From the NCBI RefSeq assembly GCF_006345805.1, contig NC_043011.1, forward strand, positions 60,834,464 through 60,898,463: a stretch of DNA of 64,000 nt, given 5' to 3'. The notes under the pieces were generated by a model. That model was not told the DNA's origin, did not search any database, and was given only the letters and a program-made list of their open reading frames with translations. The translations under genes and the position numbers were made by a program. Positions within the stretch are counted from its first letter, which is position 1; the number at the start of each line of letters is the position of its first letter. The stretch comes from Octopus sinensis (Eukaryota). Shown in pieces: positions 23,418-35,799 of the stretch.

Positions 23418-23476
23418 TATAATGGAATGGTCTGAACTGAGCTTAACACAGGCCTTTAATTCTCTCTCTCTCTCTA

Positions 23477-23518
<42 letters not shown>

Positions 23519-23950
23519 GAGGTGGGATGTATATAGATGTATGTATATACACATCTATTAATATATCTCTCAGTACAAAAACGGGAAACCTATAATCTGT
23601 TTTTTCCTCTTAATGAGGACAATATTTCAAATAATAAAGCCTACAACGGCTGGAATTAAATAATTAACAGTTCTTATCCCACCCCCGTTGGGGAGTGGGG
23701 CGCAATGGTAAGCCTACAACGGCTTCAAAAAGTTCAATTTTTACCGTATAACGATTGCCCAAATGGCTTTAGACAAACAATTCCTTTCCCCCGTCACAGG
23801 GGAAAGGCACAAAGAATATCAACAGTTCAACAATTTTCAACAATTTAAAAATGTTCGACACGATAACAATAAATCCAATTTTGAACAAAACTTTCAACTT
23901 ACCAAAAACGCGTCCGACAACGAGACAGGTCAGCAAGCAACTTACCACAC

Positions 23951-25534
23951 TGTTTCTTTATTACCCACTAAGGGGCCACGAAGAGGGGGACATTACAAGA
24001 CGGGACATGGGGAACATAAAATAAAAAATAAAGTATGAAGTAAAAAATGAATTAGATGTAATGAGATGGAACGGCTTACGAACCCCCAACTCGCAGTTCC
24101 GTTTAAAATACAATTATACATACAATTTTACAGTTACAATAATTTTACAATTCTACATGTCAACATTACATATATTCAAAATACAACTTTAAATTTTACA
24201 ATTCTAATTCTTTTACATTAGACGCTCGTCCGTCATATAATCCAACAGGTCCGTTTGCTCTATAACATCTGGCAATTTATCATACCGCACATAGTGCGTT
24301 ATATGCATAGCATTAAACATCTTTTTAATTTTATATATGTCTCTTTGTCTATAATGACGCTTTCACGTCGTCACCATACAGCTTTGGGTTCACCTTCACC
24401 CTGACCAACCCTTTCTTACCTACAAGTCTCTTCTCCACTTCTGTATTCTTGATATACATTACAACTGCCTTCAAGTTTTTTCCTGTAGGCCTTCTTCCAT
24501 ATCTGCACGATTCCAATTGCTCGTTCACTCTTGTCTCCCATTCTTGTTCAAACTCTGTCCTTGGCCGCTCTCTCGCCTTCTCTTTTACTTCCTGTTCTTT
24601 GTCTTCTCTCTCTTCTGCTATCTTGCTTTTAATTTTTTTCTTTTTTTGATCTTTCGGTGGTGATTCCACCCTTGATCTCTTCCTGTCTTCCGTCTTTTCC
24701 TCTTCTGCACTCTCTCGTTCTTCCTCACTTAACCGCTCCTCCATTCGTACTTCCTCCGCTTTCGCCTCCTCCACACACGCGTCCTTACATTCCTCCATCA
24801 CAACCTCCGGTGCTTTAGTTTTTTCTCGCGGGCACACATCCTTCATGTGGCCCCTTGATTTACAATTGTAGCAAATTGGGGGTCTTCCCTCTACCACAAC
24901 TCGGAGCCGTGTCTCGTCAGGGTAGACCAGCTCCTCCGGGATGTTGTACAGGTCTCGCACGGTAATGTGCGCGAGAACCTGCACCGTATATCCCCACCAT
25001 TTCACCTCCGCTGACTTCTCCACCTTCAGTACCTCCACATCATCCTTGCAGTTAAACAGCACTGCTGCCAGCAACCTTTCCATATTAAATTCGGGTGAGA
25101 TTCTATTGATTCTCATCCTCACTGTTCTCCTTCCGCAGTAACTTGGTAGCAAAGTCCACTTATCCGATTTCAAAAGTCTTGTTGCGTTCTTTTTTGCCTC
25201 ATTTTCTGTTTCAAAATATACCACTACCGTGGCATACTTCTTTCCTCTTTTGAAAAATGTGGGTTCACCCTCAATTTCCTTCAGACACCTTTCTACTTCT
25301 TCCATTTCCGCTACTTCAATTTTTTTCGACTCCACACACCACGTCCTGTACGTTATAGTACGCTTCTCTGCACTGCTTTCCTCCTCCTCGGACGGTGTGA
25401 CTCTTACACAGTCACCCTCCCTCTTTAAACTGTCGAAATACTTCTGTAGAGTCTTCTGTTCGACCACCACCTCCTCCATTTCCAGCTCACCGGCAACCAG
25501 GCCTCTGCCTGCCGCTCGCGCGTAAGTCTGTTCT
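23951..25534 (-). mobile_element. ORF1-only non-autonomous L1/Tx1-like retrotransposon (1584 bp) with 17-bp TSD
   Basis: Perfect direct repeat CAAGCAACTTACCACAC at 23934-23950 and 25535-25551; single gag-like ORF; no endonuclease or RT sequence; 3' end ...gtgggtAATAAAgaaaca. Confidence 0.85.
24349..25479 (-). CDS. Gag-like ORF1 protein of a non-LTR retrotransposon (RRM-like region, CX2CX4HX4C zinc knuckle, charged C-terminal region), 376 aa
   Basis: Uninterrupted ORF; LRVVVEGRPPICYNCKSRGHMKDVCP matches the L1/Tx1 ORF1 knuckle context; RNP1-like YATVVVYF. Confidence 0.85.
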   Translation of the reverse strand: MEEVVVEQKTLQKYFDSLKREGDCVRVTPSEEEESSAEKRTITYRTWCVESKKIEVAEMEEVERCLKEIEGEPTFFKRGKKYATVVVYFETENEAKKNATRLLKSDKWTLLPSYCGRRTVRMRINRISPEFNMERLLAAVLFNCKDDVEVLKVEKSAEVKWWGYTVQVLAHITVRDLYNIPEELVYPDETRLRVVVEGRPPICYNCKSRGHMKDVCPREKTKAPEVVMEECKDACVEEAKAEEVRMEERLSEEERESAEEEKTEDRKRSRVESPPKDQKKKKIKSKIAEEREDKEQEVKEKARERPRTEFEQEWETRVNEQLESCRYGRRPTGKNLKAVVMYIKNTEVEKRLVGKKGLVRVKVNPKLYGDDVKASL

Positions 25535-25587
25535 CAAGCAACTTACCACACAGCCATTCCTGCGTCTCTCTCTCTATATATAAATGT

Positions 25588-25791
25588 GGAGGCGCGGGCT
25601 TAGTGGCTAGGACGTCAGCATCATGATCGTAAGATTGTGGTTTCGGTTCCTGGACTGGGCGATGCGTTGTGTTCTTGAGCAAAACACTTCATTTCGTGTT
25701 GCTCCAGTCCATTCAGCTGGCAAAAATGAGTAACGTTGCGATGGGCTGGCGTCCCGTCCAGCTGGGGAACACATTCGCAATTGAAACCATT

Positions 25792-25823
<32 letters not shown>

Positions 25824-25914
25824 TATGTATATATAATAAAAGATCCGCGCCCTTTTAAAGCCTAGCCAGCCTCATGGGCCCGGTTTCCCGGTTTCAATGG
25901 CATATGTGTTCCCC
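25588..25914. mobile_element. SINE family D: 5' part on + (25588-25788), 3' part inverted (25845-25914), microsatellite between
   Basis: ggggaacacat..gc.attgaaacc is present on + at 25764-25788 and on - at about 25890-25914. Confidence 0.7.
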
Positions 25915-26394
25915 TAATATATATATGAGGATATTATTGTTTACAATGATATCAAGTGGCATAGCATGCGTAAATAAATACCACAGGGTAAAAATTAATA
26001 AGTAAGGGTGCTCCAAGTGACACCAGCATGCTAAGAATAGCAGCCACAAGTCGACTACAACCACTGATCCCCCGCAATTCATTTCGTTATTGGTACGGCG
26101 GCTTAGAATTTCTGCTCATTCCCCCGATTTCAATTAATGTGGGTCAGTGGAAATTTGTGGTTGTAGCCGTCACGTGACTGCAATATTTAGCGCGCTGGCA
26201 CCACATGTAGCACCCTTAATGATTAATTATATATATATATTTATTTATGAATATCCTGTATATTATACAGAGTGCTCATAAATTATCTTTCCTCCAAAAA
26301 CTGCCCATCGCCTACATGTGTTTGCATGCAACCAATTGAGTTCGCGTGGAAATGGTCTGACTTTTCTAATAAAATTTCGTTTCTCTTGTGTCTT

Positions 26395-26560
26395 TTACAT
26401 GTTTCAGTCATTAGACTGCGACCATGCTGGGGCATCACCTTGAAGAATTTTTAGTCGAATTGATCGACACGAGTACATTTGATTTTTAAAAACCCGGTAC
26501 TTATTTTGTCGGGTTCTTTTGCCGAGCCATAAACATCAGTTTCAAAGTGGTGGGGTGGGG
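26395..26560 (-). mobile_element. SINE family A, 3' half
   Basis: gtttcagtcattagactgcgaccatgctggggca...gtacttatt... Confidence 0.8.
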
Positions 26561-26561
26561 A

Positions 26562-26600
<39 letters not shown>

Positions 26601-26616
26601 ATATATATCATATATA

Positions 26617-26702
26617 CAGGGTGATTCAAAAGTCACCATAAAAAACGGTTTCTTATAAAAAAATAAATTGGTCTGATGTTTGGCAACTTTTGAATCACCC
26701 TG
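26617..26702. mobile_element. 86-bp Tc1/mariner-type MITE
   Basis: Perfect TIR CAGGGTGATTCAAAAGT flanked by TA on both sides. Confidence 0.88.
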
Positions 26703-26755
<53 letters not shown>

Positions 26756-27864
26756 GTGTGTGTGTGTGTATATATATATATATTTATATATATATATACG
26801 TATATGTATATATATATATACACGTTTTTTATGAATAACCGGTAGAAGTGCATGAATTTTGAAATATTAAATGAATTTAGGCGCCATTGATTTGAAACAA
26901 GTTTGATTATTATCAACATATGAAACATACGAACACACATACATACAAATGTACGCACATACATACATACATACATACATACATACATACATAATCACAC
27001 CCCTACACACACACACACACTTACATAGACACACGTGCTCGCCCATATACACATAAGAGCATTTTGTATATTAGCATTACTTAATTTTCGTTTCCATCTG
27101 TCGACACATAAATCACAGCCCACCTCTGCTCGCTCAATCACAGCAGCAGACCAAGCCAGCTTTTCTTACGTTTTTATGTAACGAACAAATGAAAGGGGAA
27201 TTGCTGATGTCAACGAAAATATGAAAAGAATGTGTTGTTGTGGAGAGAAGCTGATCAAGTCAGCGTTCGTATTTCTTACACATTTTGGCTGCATTCGTCT
27301 GTTTTTATAATGTTTGCTAGTGACACTAAGGTAAACAAAAGAAACGATACAGCCATGATATCGGTGATGGTAAAAGTAATAGTAGCGGTAGTGGTGGTGG
27401 TTGTGGTGGTTGTGGTGGTAGTGGAGATTCGCGTGGTGGCATTGGCTGTGGTGTTGGTTTCACGGTGAACGTCTGACAACTGGTGTCATTCATGGTAGCG
27501 GTGCTAGTGTCGTTGTGGTTGTAGTTGTGGGTGTAGCGATAGTGATCGTAGGGGTCGGGGTCGTAGTGTCGGTTGTCGTGGTGGTGTTGGTGGCAACGGT
27601 GGTGGTGGTATGCATGTGGGGACTATACGCCTTAAAGAATCCGGGCAACCGGTTTTATGACTTGGGAAGTACCTTTGATCCTTTACTGTATATATACAAG
27701 CATGCATGAATCTATATATACCTATTTATATCTATATATGTTTATATATGTATATGAATATATGTGTGTTTGTATCTATGCATATATATATAGGTATAAT
27801 ATGTATATATGTATGTATGTATATATAAATAATAAAAAGTAAATAATATATAGTATATATATAT

Positions 27865-27910
<46 letters not shown>

Positions 27911-27929
27911 TATATACACATATATATAC

Positions 27930-28210
27930 ATGCATATCTGGGTACAGGACGTCACCAACGCTGCAAACAACATGAAATACGTAAATAAACGAGTTAAACA
28001 TGTAAAGAACGAGAGAAAAAACTGGAAAACAGGTCAAGTAAACACAGAGAAAAAACCCTTCACCAGTTGTGAGGTGTCTATCTACTCATTTCTAGTATTC
28101 AACGACAATATGAGTCTTCAAAGACAGTTGCTCTCATAAATTCCAAAATTAAATTCAGGATTCATGGAGGGTCAAAGTTGGGAACAAAAATATGACAGTG
28201 GAGACATACA
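27930..28210 (-). mobile_element. Dispersed repeat, probable Penelope-like pLTR remnant (relative of 59260-59500)
   Basis: Shares atatgcatat.tgggtacaggacgtca and ccttca(c/t)cagttg with the 59260 copy. Confidence 0.5.
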
Positions 28211-28308
28211 AGGAAACCGAACGAAAACAAATATGGGGGGGCGTTAGACCAGAACGACAGGAAAATAGTGAACGCTGTGACAAACATTTTATCGGAAAGA
28301 GAAAATAT

Positions 28309-28377
<69 letters not shown>

Positions 28378-29134
28378 GTCCGCTCTTTTGAATGTCCGTG
28401 CAGGAAAAAAGATGGTCACGTAAGGAAAAGAAAGATGGACGATGGTCACATGTGAGCAACGAGAGAGAGAGAGAGAGAGAGAGAGACAGATAGAAAGCGA
28501 TGGAGTGAGAGAAGGACGTAGGAAGAAAACAGAATAGAGTATAGAGTAGGAAAATGGAGATATAACATTTAATAAAAATTAATGAAAATTTAATAAAAAT
28601 CCATTTTCTTACCTTCTTTTGAATGATTATAAACCATGATTTATATATGGACCTATTGTTTAAAATCTTATGCTCGTATATATTTTTTATCTTATTTAAC
28701 GTCATTGACTTTACAAGAAGGGCTTTTTATAAACAGGTAAATGCTAAATGCACTTACAAAGACGAAAAGTTGAACGACTCCAGTCGATAATAAGCCATAA
28801 TGTAAACGGCCGATGAAAAAAAAAACAATAGCATTCGTGTTACACCCAGAGTGGCTGATCGCGGCAACACGAAACATCAAAACAAAAGATATGTTTCACA
28901 TCCTGTTGTTTGTTCTGTTGACTAATACTACAAACAAACCAGATACCTGCAGAAATGCCCCGATCAGAGGTAGAATCCGGTTACACTTTCCCCCCTAATG
29001 TTTATGAGTTGTGTCAGTGGTGCTTAAACGGAGAAATACCAGGCCTCCTACCAAAAGTATTCACGAAAGTTTCGGACCTTCTTCTCTTTATTAATGAAGC
29101 GGCAAAATAGAATTTCTATTCATATTTGTTTCAG

Positions 29135-29520
29135 ATTTTGGTACAATGCCAGCAATTTCGGGGTGGTGGTGGCGGTTTAAGTCGATTGCATTTACCCCCC
29201 AGGGCTAAACTTGTCCTTATTTTATTGACTCCTGAAAAGATAGAATCAAAGTCGACTATGGCAGAATTTGAATTTAGAGAATAAAAACATGAGATGCCGC
29301 TAATTATTTTCTTCAGCGTGCTACCGATTCTGCTCGCTCGCCATCGTATTTCTATTTATAATATTATTTCTTCGACATGTTAAAATTCCGTCGAGGTCAA
29401 TCTTATCTTTCATTCTTTCAGGGTCGATAAAATAATTACCAACTAAATATTGGAGTAAATCTAATCGACACTTACCCCCACCTCGAATTTGCTGCCATCT
29501 GGTCCAAATTTGAAACAAAT
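29135..29520 (-). mobile_element. Two adjacent SINE family C copies
   Basis: Reverse-complemented family C head and core segments (aaagtcgact...gcagaatttgaa; ttgctgcc...gtccaaatttgaaac). Confidence 0.65.
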
Positions 29521-29582
29521 ATTATTTCCTCGGCACAAGAGTAAAAAGTTTAAAACCTATAAAGTTTACAAATAAAACTGAA

Positions 29583-29952
29583 TAAGGGTGCTCTGAGAGC
29601 GCAAACCTCCGCCAAGACAACACCAATTTCCTCTCAGCGATTAACTCGAGATGAGATTTAATACATGAAATAAACTCGACAGCTCTTACAAATGAGAATA
29701 CTAAAAATGAACCGCTCTCAAAAATTAAGCAAAAAAAATAGATAATACATAAAGAAGAAAAACAATCCATAATCCTTGTCCAGTATTGGATCGATCTCCA
29801 AATCTAATCAGTGTGTGCCAGTCACGAGGCCACACATTCCTGAAAGTTTCATCCGAATCCATCCGGCGGTTCTTGAGATATCTTGTCCACAGACAAACAA
29901 TCAAACCAGCACGACTGAAAATACCTGCGCCTTAACGAAGTCGGAGGTAATG
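29583..29952 (+). mobile_element. Non-autonomous Helentron/Helitron2-like element
   Basis: Subterminal acctccgccaag; body aaagtttcatccgaatccatcc..cggttcttgagatatc; terminal imperfect palindrome acctgcgcc-ttaacgaa-gtcggaggt. Confidence 0.6.
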
Positions 29953-30261
29953 AAGAGGAGTAACACGGAATGGCTAATAATAGGTATTTGGACAACAACA
30001 TAGACGAATAGAGATATATCAAATACTATACAACAGAAGGTCTTGATTTTTTTTAAAACTAATAACTGTGGATTCTCGATTCCAAGAAAGACACTTCTTG
30101 CAATTTCTTGCCGAACAACCAACGCAAATGATTTGTCTTCAGAGACCAAATGTTTGTGCCGCACACAAGCTCGCTCCCTCCACCAAATCCTTTGCCTTTA
30201 TATGGGTGTACGATGTGCCACAGGTCAAATGTCGAAAGGATCGTAGAACAACGTGGCATGG

Positions 30262-30362
30262 AGTTTTGTACTCAAGAACGCGACGCACCGCCCGTTCCAG
30301 GAATCGAACTCATGACCAGGTCATCCTGAGAGTAACACCCTAACCACTAGGCCGTGCGCGCT
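30262..30362 (-). mobile_element. SINE family D head
   Basis: Minus strand ggcctagtggttagggtg...gagttcgattcctggaacgggc...ttcttgag. Confidence 0.7.
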
Positions 30363-30899
30363 CACTGATTTATTAAATAGTAGGCCGTAAATGTGTTGTA
30401 GTTTTTTTCAATGAGTCTAAGTCCCTTGGCATCGTTCCCGGAAATAATGTTCGACAATTGTTCTGCTAATGACGCCTATTGCGTCAGAAACATGTTTACT
30501 ACGTCGCCTTACCTACCTCCCTTCTTGAGATTATCTCCCTTCCTCGAATGAAGCTGGTCTCAGTTGCCTTTGGGTAATTAAGACTCATCTTCTAGACACG
30601 GATATGGATTTAATAAATCAAGAATTTATATTGTACTGTGTTTGATATATCTGCATTGCTCGTAAGTTTGGAAACGTGGAAAATTTTCCGTTCTCCATAT
30701 CGTGTACACTATTTAAAAAGTGTGGCTTTGGTAATGTCCTTGATAGCCTTGAAAATGTTTTATTTCTTGAAGAATATATTCATGATCAAATCTTTTGGCG
30801 GATAATTCTTGTAATGAAGATGACAATAATATGGATGTCTTCAAAATGAATTGCTTGCTTATGGAGTTCTCAAGATGATTCGCGTTTTGGATGCATGTA

Positions 30900-30947
30900 T
30901 ACACATATAAGTAAATATACACACACACGAATATATAGATATATATT

Positions 30948-30980
<33 letters not shown>

Positions 30981-31010
30981 GTATGTATGTATATATATAT
31001 ATATTATATA

Positions 31011-31046
<36 letters not shown>

Positions 31047-31052
31047 TGTATG

Positions 31053-31086
<34 letters not shown>

Positions 31087-31140
31087 ATATATATATATAT
31101 ATATGTATGTATGTATATATATATATGTATATATATATAT

Positions 31141-31188
<48 letters not shown>

Positions 31189-31201
31189 TATATATATATA
31201 T

Positions 31202-31234
<33 letters not shown>

Positions 31235-31235
31235 G
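30900..31235. repeat. (TA)n/(TATG)n compound microsatellite
   Basis: Directly visible. Confidence 0.92.
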
Positions 31236-31809
31236 TTCCCGTTTCCAATGCGGTCTGTTCTGTTTACTGACATAACCAGTTACTATATTAGATTACATTC
31301 AATTTTCTCCTGTTGCTTTTTTCGTGCATTGATATTAACGAAATAGTTACTTTATCTGTTATGTTCTCTATCTATAGAAGTTCGTTCACATTCCGTCTAC
31401 ATTCTTACTTTCTTTCTCGCAGGTTTTATCAATATCTTTGCTTTGTCTGCACAGACCAATATCCAATGATACCAATATGCGGTATTTCTTTTCATCTGAA
31501 GTACATTCAATTTATTTTCCTTTCAAGATTAGTATAATATTACTAAATATGATTTCGTACTTGATTCCACTTAATGCATAAAACCATATTTCTTTCCCTG
31601 AAGAAAAAACCCAATTTAATTAAATGTAAGACAACATTAATATTAACATTTACTTACGAACTATCCACGTAAAACAGGGATGCACCTTATACGGAATCAC
31701 GTGTAAAGACTAACACATAAAAAGCCAGAAAATTGCCGCTAATAATTTTGTTCGACGCACTAATGTTTCTCTCATTTCACAGCCTTTCAATAGCTTCAAA
31801 TTTCTTGCA

Positions 31810-32560
31810 GAAGGAGAGTATTTTTGAAGAAGAAGGGACAAGGTAATTACATTGATTTTCGTGCTCAACTGGTATTCATTTTCCCGACCCCCAAAAGATT
31901 AAAGGCGAAATGAACCTTTGCGGCATTTGAACACCAAACGTAAAAAATCGTAAGAAATGCCACTAAGCTTTTCGCACGATCCGGTAACGATTCTACCAAC
32001 CTGCCGCCGCCTTACATAGTAATTTAAGATGATTTCAAGGCTGCGAGCTGGCAGAAGCGTTAGCACGCCGGGCGAAATGCTTAGCGGTATTTCGTTTGCC
32101 GCTACGTTCTGAGTTCAAATTCCGCCGCGGTCGGCCTTACCTTTCATCGATAAATTAAGTACCAGTTGCGTACTGGAGCCGATCAAATCGACTGGCCCCC
32201 TCCCCCACCAAAACATTTCTGGCTTTGTGCCTATAGTAGAAAAGAATATTGATTTCAAATATTGGCACAAGGCCAGCAATTTCAGGTGCGGGGTGGGGCA
32301 GAAAGTCTATTACATCGACCCTACTGTTGAATTGATGCTTATTTTATCAGATACGGAAAGATAAAAGGCAACGTCGACCTCGGCAGAATTTGAACTCAAA
32401 GCGTAAAGACAGACGAAATGCATAGAAGCATTTTGCCCCTGGCGGCAAGGAATTCCACCAGCTTGCTGCCTTACATAGTAATTTCATACTGGTTATAAAT
32501 CTTGGCTCAAGGTCAGCAATTTCAGTGGAGAAGGTAAGTCGATTAAATCGACAGCATTGC
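31810..32560. mobile_element. Cluster of SINE family C copies in alternating orientation (-, +, -, -)
   Basis: The + copy at about 32040-32245 is close to consensus (gctgcgagctggcagaagcgttagcacgccgggcgaaatgcttagcgg); minus copies flank it. Confidence 0.8.
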
Positions 32561-32681
32561 TCAACAGGGACATGACAATTTGATATGAATACTGCCGTTT
32601 AGTTGCAGAGATAGTAAAGAGTTCTTTAGAAGCTCGATTGGCCTGCTAGACATAGCAGCCAGAGAGAGAAAGAAAGAAAGC

Positions 32682-32746
<65 letters not shown>

Positions 32747-33554
32747 GTACACTACTCGACTGGCTCTCATTTTCAGCAGAGCAGGCAGGATCATTGTAAA
32801 AGGAAGTGATTTGTTCAAGAACACAACGCATGACTCAGTCTTGGAATCGAACCCATGATCTTATGATTGTTAGGCCAACACTCTAACCATTACGCCACAC
32901 ACCTTCATATTCAGTTTGCCACCCAGAACTACAAGGGCAACGGCTGATGTTTCGAGCCGAGCGAGCAAAAACGTATATCTTACCTATTGTTTTATAGATG
33001 ACGTATCCAAAGAAGCTATATTGATTTACAAGCGGCTGAGTACTCCGCATTAGTATAAGTGTTCTATAATATTACATTGAACGATGGCCGAATGCTTAAG
33101 AAGTTCTCTTTTCACTCACGAGAATCCTAGGTTCGATACCAGAGCATACCATCTTAGGCAAATATCATTTGTTTTATAACCTCGGATGGCCCTTACCTTG
33201 AACAAAAAATAGGGAAGACAGTGTACCCAAGCCGTCAGAAGGATTGTATTTGTATTTTAAAGGATCGGAAGAATTACCGCTAAGCATTTAGTCCGACGTG
33301 CAAAAGATTCTTACTGCTCCTGCTTTTTGATGGTTTTAGACTTAGGCACAAGGCCTGTAAGTTAAGGGGCAGGGGTTAGACGATTACATTGACCTTAGTG
33401 TTTAGCTTGTTCTATTTTATCCCCGGAAAGGATGAAAAGCCATATCGACCTCCCTGGTATTTGAACTCAGAACGTAAAGAAGCGGAAGAAATGCCGTTAA
33501 GCATTTTGTCCGGTCTGCTACGAATTATATAAAAAGATAGAAGTTAAGCATAGA

Positions 33555-33930
33555 CGTTAAAGTCGTGGTGCTCCGTCGGTTACGACAACGAGGGTTCCAG
33601 TTGATCCGATCAACGGAACAGCCCGCTCGTGAAGTTAACGTGCGAGTGACTGGGTACTCCACAGACACGTGACCCTTAACGTAGTTCTCGGGGAGATTCA
33701 GCGTGACACAATGTGACAAGGTTGGCCCTTTGAAATACAGGTACAACAGAAACAGGAAGAAATAGTGAGAGAAAGTTGTGGTGAAAAAGTACAGCAGGAT
33801 TCGCCACCACCCCCTCGTAGAAATTTAGGTGTTTTCGCTCAATAAACACTCACAATGCCCTGTCTGGAAATCGAAACTGCAATCCTATGTCTGCGAGTCC
33901 GCTGCCCTAACCACTGGACCATTGCGCCTC
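33555..33930 (-). mobile_element. SINE family B, long tail type, full length
   Basis: Reverse complement of the 9503 family. Confidence 0.9.
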
Positions 33931-34519
33931 GGCAGACGTTAATATATCCAGATACACACTCTGCTTAAAAAAGCGAAAAGAAAAAGTAAAAAAAAAAGCA
34001 GCCTCCACCAACCACAGCAATAGTTCAGCTGGCGTCCACATACTTTTCAATCAACTCTTACACTTGCTATTTCTACAAATATTTCTGTAATAAAATACAA
34101 TAAAATAAAATAAGCTTAAAACAAGTAAACAAAACTATTCACTCTCTGACAGCGAAATGAATTTAAACTCTCCTATGGGATGACGGGTTGACGTAATGCT
34201 TTACAGAAATCCTTCTGAAGTTTCGTCAGGTAATACGAGACTGGTCGAGTACTTGACCGACTTAGATCTATTAAAAATACCCAAACAAACAAAAGACAAC
34301 TCTTAACCCAGACTTCAGGACGCGGGAACGAAAGCTCTCCGTTAACAAGACGTCATCCTGTTCAGATACCGAAGCGTACGGTCGTAATATAAGTGTAATA
34401 CTTAAGATCAATTGTTTCTGAGCTACAAGGCCAGTCATTTTGAGCGGATGGTGGGTGGTGGTGGTGATGGTGGTCAATAACATCGAGCCCAGTATGTGTC
34501 CGGTGCTTTATTTTGTCGA

Positions 34520-35035
34520 CACACCACGGGAGTCAGTCCTTGTTGCAGTGTTGTAGCTTCTGTGCCTCAATGATGACTTAGAGGGATCCCAGAGAAGTAC
34601 AAGCTCCTAGTAGGGTCTCCCATGTTGGCCAAGTCGAAAGATAGGGACCGGAGTAATCAGGATCACCTCTTCCTAAATGTAAAAATAGGTCTGTGTAAGG
34701 TCAACACTTCTACCCAGGAAAATAAAAGCTAAGTTAGAGGAACGTTGATGACAACTTAAAAGCCAAAACGACTTTGGAGAGAAGAAGAGCTTTCCTCAAG
34801 AAAACATGAAAGGGAAACCAGCGTTCTGCATACCACGTTATGCTCTGACCTGGAATCCACAAAGGAGGCGGGAGAGAGGATTCCCTAAAAATAACTGGAG
34901 GCAGGATACTGAGGCAGAGAAGAAAATAACAGGAAGTGAAGCGGGAAAGATATCCCAGAGTCGAAAACCGTGGAGAAAACTCGTCGATGGCTTCTGCTCC
35001 ATAGGGAGCGAACGTTCAAGTAAGATAAGCAAAAT
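34520..35035 (+). mobile_element. RTE-clade retrotransposon remnant (3' ORF end; possible 5' UTR segment nearby)
   Basis: RYALTWNPQRRRERGFPKNNWRQD.EAE...SR..WR.LVDGFCS matches the RTE C-terminus; agggtctcccatg..ggccaagtc.aaag resembles RTE 5' UTRs. Confidence 0.75.
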
Positions 35036-35185
35036 TATTGACCCCGGAAAGATGAAAGGCAAAGTTCTCCTCGGCTCAGTTGGATTTGAGCTAAAAAAAA
35101 TAAACAAGCACTTGACAGTTTTATAGATATTTCAAAATTATGATGCTATGATGCTAGGTGTTTCCATTATTTTGTCCAGCCCCAT

Positions 35186-35261
<76 letters not shown>

Positions 35262-35265
<4 letters not shown>

Positions 35266-35407
35266 TAGCTTGCTTCCCAACCACATGATTCCGGGTACAG
35301 TCCCACTGCATGGCACCTTCGGGAAGTAACTTCTACTATAGCCTCGGGCTGACCAAAGATTTGTGAGAGGATTTGGTAGACGGAAACTGAAAGAAGCCCG
35401 TCATATA

Positions 35408-35472
<65 letters not shown>

Positions 35473-35680
35473 TGTGTGTTTGTCCCCACCCCACCCCCAC
35501 ATCGCTTGACAACCGATGCAGGTGTGTTTATGTCTCCGTAACTTAGCGGTTCGGCAAAACAGACCGATAGAAAAAGTACCAGGCTTATAAAGACTAAGTC
35601 CTGGGGTCGATTTCTTCGACTAGAGGCGGTGCTCCAGTATGGCCGCAATCAAATGACGGGAACAAATAAAAGAATTGATA
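35262..35680 (-). mobile_element. SINE family A, near full length
   Basis: Both halves with central (TA)n(GA)n. Confidence 0.88.
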
Positions 35681-35691
35681 GATAGATAGAT

Positions 35692-35738
<47 letters not shown>

Positions 35739-35799
35739 TATGCAGCTACGCAAGAGTGAAACAAGTGTGAGTGTATACATGTAAATACATGCGTACAGT

